Shown here piece after piece: positions 21,472 through 29,854 of a stretch of 64,000 nucleotides of DNA. The stretch is taken from NCBI GenBank assembly GCA_044374195.1, contig JBILOY010000001.1, positions 949 through 64,948 of the forward strand, written 5' to 3'. Numbering within the stretch: position 1 is the stretch's first letter; each line of letters opens with the position of its first letter. Source of the DNA: Candidatus Nanopelagicales bacterium (GTDB lineage: Bacteria > Actinomycetota > Actinomycetes > S36-B12). A program made the translations under genes and the position numbers. The notes beneath the pieces were generated by a model. It was not told the DNA's origin and made no database searches. It saw nothing but the letters and a program-made list of their open reading frames with translations.

Positions 21472-22107
21472 ATGCGGCTGGATCACATCTCTTACGCGTG
21501 CACCTCGGTGGAGTTCGCTGACACTGTTCAGCGAATCGGCTCCGATCTCGGCGCCACCTTTGTTGATGGCGGTCGCCATCCCTCCTTCGGCACTCGAAAC
21601 TTCGTTCTCCCCCTTGCCGGCGGTTGCTACATCGAGGTTGTCTCAGCACTCGATCACCCCTCCGCCGACAAAGCAGCATTCGGCCGCGCAGTTCAGCAGC
21701 GTGCCAATGAAGGCGGCGGATGGATGAGCTGGGTCGTCTCCGTTGATGATGTTGCCGTCGTCGAGAAGCGACTGGGCCGCGAGGCACGCGCCGGTCACCG
21801 CATTCGCCCCGATGGCGTGGAACTCACCTGGAAGCAGATTGGCGTCCTCGATGTCATGGAAGACGCGCAGCTACCGTTCTTCGTCGAATGGGGCGGCGAT
21901 CGCAGCCTGCATCCCTCAAACGGTGCCAGCCAGGTCGCCATTGACCGCATCGAAATGTGCGGCGACTCAGACCGCATCTGTACTTACCTCGGCGAGCCCA
22001 GCGACCACCCCCTCGATGAGATCGACGTGGTTTGGGTTTCCGATGACGAGCCCGGTGTGCTGGCGGTAACGTTCACGACGCCCCACGGCCTCGTCCGTAT
22101 CGACTAA
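21472..22107 (+). CDS. VOC (glyoxalase-like domain) family protein
   Basis: MRLDHISYAC....GGRHPSFGTRNFVLPL..GCYIEVV...LPFFVEW follows the Glyoxalase-like pattern. I moved the start to ATG 21472. Confidence 0.75.
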   Translation: MRLDHISYACTSVEFADTVQRIGSDLGATFVDGGRHPSFGTRNFVLPLAGGCYIEVVSALDHPSADKAAFGRAVQQRANEGGGWMSWVVSVDDVAVVEKRLGREARAGHRIRPDGVELTWKQIGVLDVMEDAQLPFFVEWGGDRSLHPSNGASQVAIDRIEMCGDSDRICTYLGEPSDHPLDEIDVVWVSDDEPGVLAVTFTTPHGLVRID

Positions 22108-22137
22108 CACCCCTGTCACCGGCCTAAGGAGTCGAAC

Positions 22138-23232
22138 GTGAGCCAGAGCGACGGCATCCCCGAGGGCCTCAAGAGCACCGCCGGTGTCATCTGGCGGATC
22201 CTCATTATCTTGGCCGGACTGGCCGTGATCGGACTGATCTTCAACCAGATCTTCGCGGTCGTCTTCGCGCTCTTCTTCGCCATGCTGGTCACCGCCTGGA
22301 CTCAGCCGGTCATGAACCTCTTCCACAAGGTCTTGCCCAAGGTCATCTCGATGATCTTGGCGCTGATCGTGATCATCTCCGCGATCTTGCTGATTCTCTA
22401 CGTCGTCGTCAGCTCGTCGATCAGCGAGGGACCGAAGTTGGTGGCCTCGATTACCTCTGGCTTCGACGACATCAAGAAGTGGCTGCAAGACGGCCCACTT
22501 CAGTTGTCTGACAGTTCACTGGGCAACCTGCTCGACCAGGCCAAGACCGCGGGCGGCAATGTCGCCAAGGGCTTCCTTGGTGACGCTCTCGGAGCACTGG
22601 GCTCCGTCGGCACGATCGTCATCGGCGGCTCGGTCTTTCTCTTCGGCGTGATCTTCTTCCTGATGACCCCCAACACCATCTGGAACTGGCTGCTGGGCTG
22701 GATCCCCAAGAAGGCCGCCAATCACATCGACACCGCGGGGCACATTGCCTGGGACTCGATCTCCGGCTACACCCGCGGAATCGTCATCGTGGCGCTGTGC
22801 GATGCCACCTTGGTCTTCATTGGCTTGCTCGTTCTCCAGGTTCCTCTCGCGCCCGCCCTGGCCGCAGTGGTGTTTATCGGTGCTTTCATCCCCGTGATCG
22901 GAGCACCTGTCGCCACCTTCTTTGCCGCGGTGGTTGCACTCGCCGAGCGCGGTCCGATCATTGCGCTCCTGTGCATCGTGCTCACCATCATCGTCGGCTC
23001 CTTCGATGGCGACGTACTGCAACCACTCGTGATGGGCAAGGCGGTAAATCTGCACCCCCTCGCCATCATCATCGCCATAGCGGCAGGCTCACTCACCCTG
23101 GGCATCGTCGGGGCGCTGATTGCCGTACCGGTTGCAGGAGCCCTCTACGGGGTACTGAAGTACGTGACGAACAAGGACCCAGATAGGCCGTATCAGTCGT
23201 ACGTCGAGCCAATAGTCACTGACTCCAAATAG
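22138..23232 (+). CDS. AI-2E family transporter (PerM-like permease)
   Basis: A 364-aa polytopic protein with the typical C-terminal GAPVATFFAAVVAL...VLQPLVMGKAVNLHPL block. The start is GTG with an AAGGAG Shine-Dalgarno sequence. Confidence 0.85.
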   Translation: MSQSDGIPEGLKSTAGVIWRILIILAGLAVIGLIFNQIFAVVFALFFAMLVTAWTQPVMNLFHKVLPKVISMILALIVIISAILLILYVVVSSSISEGPKLVASITSGFDDIKKWLQDGPLQLSDSSLGNLLDQAKTAGGNVAKGFLGDALGALGSVGTIVIGGSVFLFGVIFFLMTPNTIWNWLLGWIPKKAANHIDTAGHIAWDSISGYTRGIVIVALCDATLVFIGLLVLQVPLAPALAAVVFIGAFIPVIGAPVATFFAAVVALAERGPIIALLCIVLTIIVGSFDGDVLQPLVMGKAVNLHPLAIIIAIAAGSLTLGIVGALIAVPVAGALYGVLKYVTNKDPDRPYQSYVEPIVTDSK

Positions 23233-23244
23233 CCTCCGGCGCTG

Positions 23245-23823
23245 TCAGCGGATCGCTGAACAGCCCACCAGATGATCGTCGATCACGCCGATGGCCTGCA
23301 TGGCCGCGTGCATGGTGGTCGGGCCGATGAACACGAACCCGCGCTTCTTCAGAGCCTTGCTCAGTGCCTTCGAGGCAGGTGACTGCGCAGCGATATCCGA
23401 CATCGAACGTGGGCGGGGGCACGCCGGATCCACGAACGACCACACCAGGGCATCAAGTGCTCCATCACCCTCATCGTCGTGCCAGTGGGCCAGAGCCCGA
23501 GCATTGGTGATGGTCGCGTTGATCTTGGCTCGATTACGCACGATGCCCGCATCGGCCATCAAGCGCTCTCGATCGGCATCGGTGAACGCACCCACCAACT
23601 GCAGATCGAAGTTCGCGAATGCCGAACGAAAGTTCTCACGCTTGCGAAGGATCGTGATCCACGACAGCCCCGACTGGAAGGCCTCGAGAGTCAATCGCTC
23701 AAACAGTGCACGATCACCGCGAACCGGCTTACCCCATTCGAGGTCGTGATAGACGCGATAGTCGGGCGAACCGGCACCCCACGCGCATCGCGCGCGGCCA
23801 TCGTCACCGACAACCAGGCTCAC
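23245..23823 (-). CDS. tag: DNA-3-methyladenine glycosylase I
   Basis: RCAWG..DYRVYHDLEWGKPV.GDRALFERLTLEAFQSGLSWITILRKRENFR is the Tag signature. Confidence 0.9.
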   Translation of the reverse strand: MSLVVGDDGRARCAWGAGSPDYRVYHDLEWGKPVRGDRALFERLTLEAFQSGLSWITILRKRENFRSAFANFDLQLVGAFTDADRERLMADAGIVRNRAKINATITNARALAHWHDDEGDGALDALVWSFVDPACPRPRSMSDIAAQSPASKALSKALKKRGFVFIGPTTMHAAMQAIGVIDDHLVGCSAIR

Positions 23824-24110
23824 GCGGGGTCGTAGAAGCGCAGTTCGGTGGTCTCGCGAAAGAGTGAGTCACCCAGCTCGTTGAAGGCGATGACGTGCTC
23901 GGTCAGCATGTGGGCATCCCACTGCTCCCGAGAGGTCCACTTCTCGAGCATGAGCCAGGTGTCGGGGTCAACGTCAGACACCACGAGGTCGTACATCTCG
24001 CAGCCATCCTCAGCCAAGGATGCCGTGACGAGCGCGGCAATTTTGGCCTGCACTGCATCGCGAATCTCGGTCTTGGGCTTGATGATCGCTACCAAGTACA
24101 ACGGCTGCAC
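23820..24110 (-). CDS. antibiotic-biosynthesis-monooxygenase (ABM) family protein / putative quinol monooxygenase
   Basis: A ferredoxin-like ABM pattern (LYLVAIIKPK...LEKWTSREQWDAH). GTG 24108-24110 has a GGAAAGGAG Shine-Dalgarno sequence. An alternative start is ATG 24134. The gene overlaps tag by 4 nt. Confidence 0.7.
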   Translation of the reverse strand: MQPLYLVAIIKPKTEIRDAVQAKIAALVTASLAEDGCEMYDLVVSDVDPDTWLMLEKWTSREQWDAHMLTEHVIAFNELGDSLFRETTELRFYDPA

Positions 24111-24156
24111 ACCGACTCCTTTCCTGGTGCGCACACGCTAACACTCGCCACGCGCA

Positions 24157-25251
24157 CTACTCAGGGAGCATGCCCTGGTGCGAGTCGCCGCGAAGACTGG
24201 CCTCGATCTCGGCGGGCGCCTCGAGACTCCGGGTACTCGCGACACCCATCTCATTGAGCTTTCGGGCCTGGGACATCGCATTACGGTCAAAGCTACCCAC
24301 GAACTTGTTGTAGCCGTTGACCGCTGACTGCAGGCCGGCGCGCATGTCGGCAAGGTGCTCGACCAGGACGCCCAGCCGCTTGAGCATCTCGGCGCCGGCC
24401 AGACGAATCTCCTCGGCATTGTCGTGCATCAGCTTGCGCTCGTAGCCGAAGCCGATGGTGCGCAGCAGCGCCAGCATCGTGGTGGGCGTGGCGATGACAA
24501 CCCGCTTCTCGAAGGATTTCTCGAGCAACAGGCCATCTGAGTCCAGGGCCGAGGAGAGCAGCGACTCGAAGGGCAAGAACATGACCACGAAATCAGGGCT
24601 GACCGCGGAATCGGAGTACCGCTTGCTCGCGAGCTCATTGACACGCGCCATGACGTCACGCGCATGCTTGGTCAAGGACTGCTCGCGGATGAGGTCGTCA
24701 TCGGTGCCTGCCGCCGCCCAGTACGCATCAAAGGGGAACTTCGCATCGACAAGGACCTCGCCCCCACCCGGGAGCAGGACCGCGATATCGGGTCGGCCCA
24801 CGGTCTCCCCCGCCCGAGTGTCCTGGCGGCGGTAGTGGACGCCTTCCACGAGCCCGGCGTGGTCGAGAAGCCGCTCAAGCTGCATCTCACCCCACTGCCC
24901 ACGGGTCTGACCCTTAGTCATGGACGCGACGATCTGGGAGGTTGCTGACGACAACGAGGCGTACTGATCGCGCATCGCGCCGATCTGCTCACGGATGGCG
25001 GTCTCGGCTTCCGTGCGGCGCTCACTGGCCTGGGCGGTGGAACGCTGAAGACCATCGAGGCTCTCGCGCACCGGCGCCAGCAGGCCCAGGAGATCGCCGT
25101 GCGCCGTAGCCGCAGTGTTCAGCCGAGAGTTCTCAGCTGAGAGCACGGCTATCTGGCCGGAGAGCTCAGCGGTACGGCGCGAGGAGACAAGCCAGGACAC
25201 GAGGTAGCCCACGGCGGCGGCGAGCACCGCGGTGATGGCGAAAGTCAGCAC
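24157..25251 (-). CDS. rmuC: DNA recombination protein RmuC
   Basis: An N-terminal TM helix, a coiled coil, and the conserved RmuC nuclease-like C-terminal region (RPDIAVLLPGGGEVLVDAKFP...VVMFLPFESL). The start is GTG. Confidence 0.9.
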   Translation of the reverse strand: MLTFAITAVLAAAVGYLVSWLVSSRRTAELSGQIAVLSAENSRLNTAATAHGDLLGLLAPVRESLDGLQRSTAQASERRTEAETAIREQIGAMRDQYASLSSATSQIVASMTKGQTRGQWGEMQLERLLDHAGLVEGVHYRRQDTRAGETVGRPDIAVLLPGGGEVLVDAKFPFDAYWAAAGTDDDLIREQSLTKHARDVMARVNELASKRYSDSAVSPDFVVMFLPFESLLSSALDSDGLLLEKSFEKRVVIATPTTMLALLRTIGFGYERKLMHDNAEEIRLAGAEMLKRLGVLVEHLADMRAGLQSAVNGYNKFVGSFDRNAMSQARKLNEMGVASTRSLEAPAEIEASLRGDSHQGMLPE

Positions 25252-25328
25252 AGCTCGATTGTGGCAGCGGGGTCAGACATCGCGCCCGCACCGATCAGCG
25301 CGAGTCGCTGGACGCCCATCAATGTGCG

Positions 25329-28055
25329 TCAGCGCGAGTCGCTGGACGCTACCTCGATGACGGCACGACCGGCCTCCAGGCGGGCCACGGGAACCCGGAA
25401 CGGGCTGGCCGACACGTAGTCAAGCCCCGCTCGATGGAAGAAGTGGATCGACTCCGGGTCGCCGCCATGCTCACCACAGATGCCCATCTTCAACTCGGGC
25501 TTGGTCTGCCGGCCTTCCTTGACCGCAATAGTCACCAGGCGTCCAACACCATCGGCATCAATGGTCTCGAAGGGCGAGATCGTAAGAACGCCCTTCTCCA
25601 GGTACTGGGCGAAGAAGGCAGCCTCGACATCGTCGCGGCTAAAGCCCCAGGTGGTTTGGGTCAGGTCATTAGTACCGAAGGAGAAGAAGTCGGCTACCTC
25701 GGCGATGCGGTGGGCGGTCAAGGCGGCGCGGGGCAGTTCGATCATCGTGCCGATCGGCAGATGAAGCTCGACACCGGTTTCCAGGCTCACCTCAGACAGC
25801 ACGGTCTCGAGCTCATCGCGCATGAGGATCAGTTCTTGAGCCGAGCCGACAAGCGGGACCATGATCTCGGCCACCGGCGTGCCACCGTCACGCATCCGTG
25901 CCACCACGGCCTCGGCAAGAGCCCGCACCTGCAGAGCAAAGAGCCCCGGCACCACAAGACCCAAACGCACTCCGCGCAGGCCAAGCATCGGGTTGGACTC
26001 ATGGAGTCGATTGACGGCAGCGAGCAGCCGGTCATCGGCCGAGGTGTCACGACCTGCGGCCTGCGCCAAGGCGACGCGCACCATCAGATCAGCGCGGTCG
26101 GGCAAGAACTCGTGCAGCGGCGGATCCAGCAGTCGAACCGTGACCGGCAGGGAGTCCATCTCGGTGAGTAGCTCGATGAAGTCGGCTCGCTGCAATGGCA
26201 TCAAGGCATCGAGTGCCAGCCCTCGCTCGCCGGCGTTGTCCGCCAGGATTACGTGCTCGATCAGTTCGCGACGCTCACCGAGGAACATGTGCTCGGTGCG
26301 GCACAGACCAATGCCTTCAGCGCCGAGCTGTCGAGCACGTGCGGCATCTTCAGCAGTATCGGCGTTGGTGCGCACACGAAGGCGTCGGACGCTGTCAGCG
26401 TGCGCGAGCAATCGGTCGACGCAGTCGACGATCGCCGCGGAATCCTCATCGAGGCTCGGTAGCACTGCGTTCATACCCTCAAGCAGATAACGCACGACAG
26501 GAGACGGTGACACCGGAATCTCACCCAGGAAGACCTCACCCGAGGCACCGTCCAAGGAGATGAAGTCACCCTCGGCAATGGCCAACCGTTGGCCGTCGGC
26601 CAGCTTCACGATGGCCGAATGCGAGGACTCATCGACGATCAGCTGATCGGCGCCGCAGACAGCTGGCTTGCCCATGCCGCGAGCGACCACGGCGGCATGA
26701 CTGGTCTTGCCTCCACGACTGGTGAGAATGCCCACAGCCGCAACCATTCCGGCAAGGTCATCGGGGTTTGTCTCACGGCGCACCAACACCACGGTGCGAC
26801 CTTCCTCGGCCCAATCGACTGCACGCTGGGGATCGAAGACCACCTGGCCCACCGCCGCGCCCGGTGAGGCAGGAATGCCCTTAGTGAGCAAAACACGCTC
26901 GGTGCCCACAGCCAATTGCGGCACCAGAAGCTGGGACAGTTGCTGACCGGAGACACGCATCAGCGCTTCGTCTTCGGTGATCAGTCCTTCGTCGAGGAAC
27001 TGAGTAGCGATACGAAATGCCGCGCCTGCCGTGCGCTTGCCAACACGGGTCTGCAGGAGCCAGAGCTTGCCGCGCTCTACCGTGAACTCGATATCGCAGA
27101 GGTCGCGGTAGTGGGTCTCGAGTCGGCGCATGGTCTGGGCGAGTTGCGTGGCCACAGCTGGATTCACAGTAGCGAGATCCGCAAGTGTCAAGGTATTTCG
27201 GATGCCTGCGACGACATCCTCACCCTGAGCATTTTGCAGGTAATCGCCGTAGTGACCGGGCGAGCCGGTGGCGGGGTCACGGGTAAAGGCAACACCAGTA
27301 CCGGAATCCTCACCGAGATTGCCGAAGACCATCGCGCAGATGTTCACGGCAGTACCGAGATCATTGGGAATGCGCTCGCGGCGACGATAGAGCTTCGCAC
27401 GGTCGCCATTCCACGATTCGAATACAGCCTTAACCGCCATGTCGAGTTGCTCACGCGGGTGCTGGGGGAATTCGCGGCCAGTGTGCTCGCGCACGACCTT
27501 CTTGTAGTGGGCCACGAGTTCTTGCAGAACCTCAGCGCTCAATTCGCTCTCGGAAGCCACGCCCGCCTTCTCGACCGCATGCTCGAGTGCATTGGCGAAG
27601 ATCGATGGCTCGATATCCATCACCGTGCGACCGAACATTGAGATCAGGCGTCGGTAGGAATCCCAAGCGAATCTCTCGTCACCTGAGATATCGGCCAGGC
27701 CCTTCACCGACGCGTCGTTCAGACCGATATTCAAAATCGTGTCCATCATGCCCGGCATCGAGAACACCGCGCCTGAGCGCACAGACACGAGCAACGGGTC
27801 ATGCAGGTCGCCTAGCCGTCGATCGAGTTCATCCTCGAGTCGGCGCAGTGCTGCGGTGACCTGAACGCGCAGTTCGGGCGGCTCTTCGTCGTGGGTGAGG
27901 AACCATCGACATGCATGGGTGGTGATCGTGAAACCCGGAGGCACCGGCAGACCCAGTCGGGTCATCTCTGCGAGGTTGGCGCCCTTGCCGCCCAGAAGAT
28001 CCTTCTGCTCTCGGCTTCCCTCAGAGAAGTCGTAGACGTACCGGGTATCGGCCAT
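25329..28055 (-). CDS. ppdK: pyruvate, phosphate dikinase
   Basis: MADTRYVYDF.EG....DLLGGKGANLAEMTRLGLPVPPGFTITT, the phosphohistidine region GGKTSHAAVVARG, and the PEP-utilising C-terminal domain are present. I moved the start to ATG 28053-28055. Confidence 0.95.
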   Translation of the reverse strand: MADTRYVYDFSEGSREQKDLLGGKGANLAEMTRLGLPVPPGFTITTHACRWFLTHDEEPPELRVQVTAALRRLEDELDRRLGDLHDPLLVSVRSGAVFSMPGMMDTILNIGLNDASVKGLADISGDERFAWDSYRRLISMFGRTVMDIEPSIFANALEHAVEKAGVASESELSAEVLQELVAHYKKVVREHTGREFPQHPREQLDMAVKAVFESWNGDRAKLYRRRERIPNDLGTAVNICAMVFGNLGEDSGTGVAFTRDPATGSPGHYGDYLQNAQGEDVVAGIRNTLTLADLATVNPAVATQLAQTMRRLETHYRDLCDIEFTVERGKLWLLQTRVGKRTAGAAFRIATQFLDEGLITEDEALMRVSGQQLSQLLVPQLAVGTERVLLTKGIPASPGAAVGQVVFDPQRAVDWAEEGRTVVLVRRETNPDDLAGMVAAVGILTSRGGKTSHAAVVARGMGKPAVCGADQLIVDESSHSAIVKLADGQRLAIAEGDFISLDGASGEVFLGEIPVSPSPVVRYLLEGMNAVLPSLDEDSAAIVDCVDRLLAHADSVRRLRVRTNADTAEDAARARQLGAEGIGLCRTEHMFLGERRELIEHVILADNAGERGLALDALMPLQRADFIELLTEMDSLPVTVRLLDPPLHEFLPDRADLMVRVALAQAAGRDTSADDRLLAAVNRLHESNPMLGLRGVRLGLVVPGLFALQVRALAEAVVARMRDGGTPVAEIMVPLVGSAQELILMRDELETVLSEVSLETGVELHLPIGTMIELPRAALTAHRIAEVADFFSFGTNDLTQTTWGFSRDDVEAAFFAQYLEKGVLTISPFETIDADGVGRLVTIAVKEGRQTKPELKMGICGEHGGDPESIHFFHRAGLDYVSASPFRVPVARLEAGRAVIEVASSDSR

Positions 28056-28099
28056 GTGTCCTCCATGCAGCGACGGGTATCGCACGGGGGAAGTCGTGC

Positions 28100-28130
28100 A
28101 AGAAAACGACCGCCCGGATCACGGGTGGTC
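28100..28130 (-). terminator. hairpin plus U-rich tail between the SMP-30 gene and ppdK
   Basis: The minus strand reads GACCACCCG-ugauc-CGGGCGGUC followed by GUUUUCUU. It lies about 130 nt after the upstream stop and about 45 nt before the ppdK ATG. Confidence 0.5.
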
Positions 28131-28258
28131 GAAGTCGTATAGACATCTTGCTGCTGCAAGCGCATGCACTGGGGGTTCGTTCCGAAAAAAGATCGACGTG
28201 TCGGGGCCATGACAACGGTGTCATCAGGATTCACGCGCTCCAATGAGAGCCCCGTCGA

Positions 28259-29122
28259 TCAGCCAGCGGCGAAGGGATAGGTCGGCACCCCACGCACGCC
28301 CCAGGCCCCGCCGAAGATGTCACCTGCTGTCGGAGAGTGAGCGAGCTCCGCTTCGGTCATCTTGTACTTGGCAGTTGTCACGAGGACATCGCTGCCGAAG
28401 GGACCGCCGAAGGCAAGGCTCGTGACATTCGGGGTCGGAAAATGATGGTCTGAGACAAGTGCACCCGACGGATCATGGCGCGTGATCGTTCCGGAACCGA
28501 AGTGTGCAACCCATACTCCCCCGTGCTCATCGACGCTCAGCCCGTCGGGAAGACCACTATCGGGGTCGAAGGCACAGAATTCGCGACCGTTGCTGATCTC
28601 GCCTACCTCGACATCGAAGTCGAAGACTCGAACCGCATACGTCAGCGAGTCGATGTAATAGAGGAAGCGATCATCTGGGCTCCAGCCGAGTCCGTTGGAA
28701 ACAGTGACGCCTTCCAGCATCACCGTGGAACGACCATCGCCGTCAATGCGGAACAAATGGCCACGGTTGCTGCGCTCGCCATCACGACTTCCTGTCCATA
28801 GACGCCCGCGGGAGTCAACCTTTGCGTCATTGAGCATCAGCACCGGATCGGTCTCCAGAAGACCCCCGAATGCCACCTGCCCAGTGCCATCTGGCCCGCA
28901 GAGGATCAGGCCATGCACGGAGACCAACAGCAGCCGACCGCACGATGTCGGCACGACGGCGGAGACGGGCTGGCCGACCGAGAAAGTAACTAGATCGCCG
29001 GACCCCGGCTCTAGGCGATGCACGAGCCCCGCGGTGATGTCGACGAAGAGCCAGGTCGAAGTTGAGGAATCCCAGACGGGCCCCTCGGCGATGTGGGCAC
29101 CGAGTTCGAGAATGCGCTCCAT
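28259..29122 (-). CDS. SMP-30/gluconolactonase/LRE family protein
   Basis: LGAHIAEGPVWD..TSTWLFVDI and the repeated beta-propeller blades with PDGLSVD..GGVWVA match the family. Confidence 0.85.
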   Translation of the reverse strand: MERILELGAHIAEGPVWDSSTSTWLFVDITAGLVHRLEPGSGDLVTFSVGQPVSAVVPTSCGRLLLVSVHGLILCGPDGTGQVAFGGLLETDPVLMLNDAKVDSRGRLWTGSRDGERSNRGHLFRIDGDGRSTVMLEGVTVSNGLGWSPDDRFLYYIDSLTYAVRVFDFDVEVGEISNGREFCAFDPDSGLPDGLSVDEHGGVWVAHFGSGTITRHDPSGALVSDHHFPTPNVTSLAFGGPFGSDVLVTTAKYKMTEAELAHSPTAGDIFGGAWGVRGVPTYPFAAG

Positions 29123-29136
29123 ACTGCTGTGACTCG

Positions 29137-29751
29137 CTACAGGTACGTAACGACGGATTCGAGCGGAAGACGAGCGCTGCGATCGCGGAATGCCTCAGCG
29201 CTCGGGTAGCCAATGTTGACCAACACGATCGAGTGAAGCGGGGAGTTCGGGAAGAACTCCTCATCAACCCCTGCATTGTTGAAACCTGCCATCGGACCTG
29301 CAGCCAGGCCCATTGCCCGCACAGCCAGGATGAAGTACCCCACCTGGATCGAGGCGTTAAAGCGCGCAAATCCATTGCGGTTCTCGAAGCTCTCATCGAA
29401 TCCGGGCTTCATGCCAATCGCGCCGGGCGCGAGCAACTCGATGTACTCATGGAAATCAGTGTCGGCGGCGAGGATCGCCGTCGCAGCGGCTTCAGTGATC
29501 TTCTGCTGGTTGCCCGACGACGCGAGCGGCAGCAGCCGAGCCTTGGCCTCAGATGAGCGCACGAAGGTCACGCGCAGAGGTCCGCTGTTGATCGCGGTCG
29601 GCGCCCAGCGCAGCAGGTGCACGATGCCGGCCAACTGCTCATCGGTCACCGGCTGATCGGTGAATGAGTAGGCGGTGTGGGCGTCGTGGAACAAGGTAGC
29701 GGCGCTCTCGGGATCAATGCCCAGAAGGCCAGCGTCGAATTCGGTGCTCAA
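29137..29751 (-). CDS. nitroreductase family protein (RutE / malonic semialdehyde reductase-like)
   Basis: LFHDAHTAYSFTDQPVTDEQL..I..L.RWAPTAINSGPLRV. The TTG at 29749-29751 is preceded by GAAGGAGA. The ORF-track start is 29787. Confidence 0.8.
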   Translation of the reverse strand: MSTEFDAGLLGIDPESAATLFHDAHTAYSFTDQPVTDEQLAGIVHLLRWAPTAINSGPLRVTFVRSSEAKARLLPLASSGNQQKITEAAATAILAADTDFHEYIELLAPGAIGMKPGFDESFENRNGFARFNASIQVGYFILAVRAMGLAAGPMAGFNNAGVDEEFFPNSPLHSIVLVNIGYPSAEAFRDRSARLPLESVVTYL

Positions 29752-29810
29752 GATGTCTCCTTCAGATGATTCACGAGTCTCCCACATTCACAAGACTGCT
29801 TCCGCATGCG

Positions 29811-29842
29811 CGAAGGGCCACGGCTTTCGCCGTGGCCCTTCG
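29811..29842 (-). terminator. perfect 14-bp stem hairpin downstream of nrdJ
   Basis: The sequence cgaagggccacggc-tttc-gccgtggcccttcg lies 13 nt after the nrdJ stop. Confidence 0.75.
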
Positions 29843-29854
29843 TGTAGGTACTGA

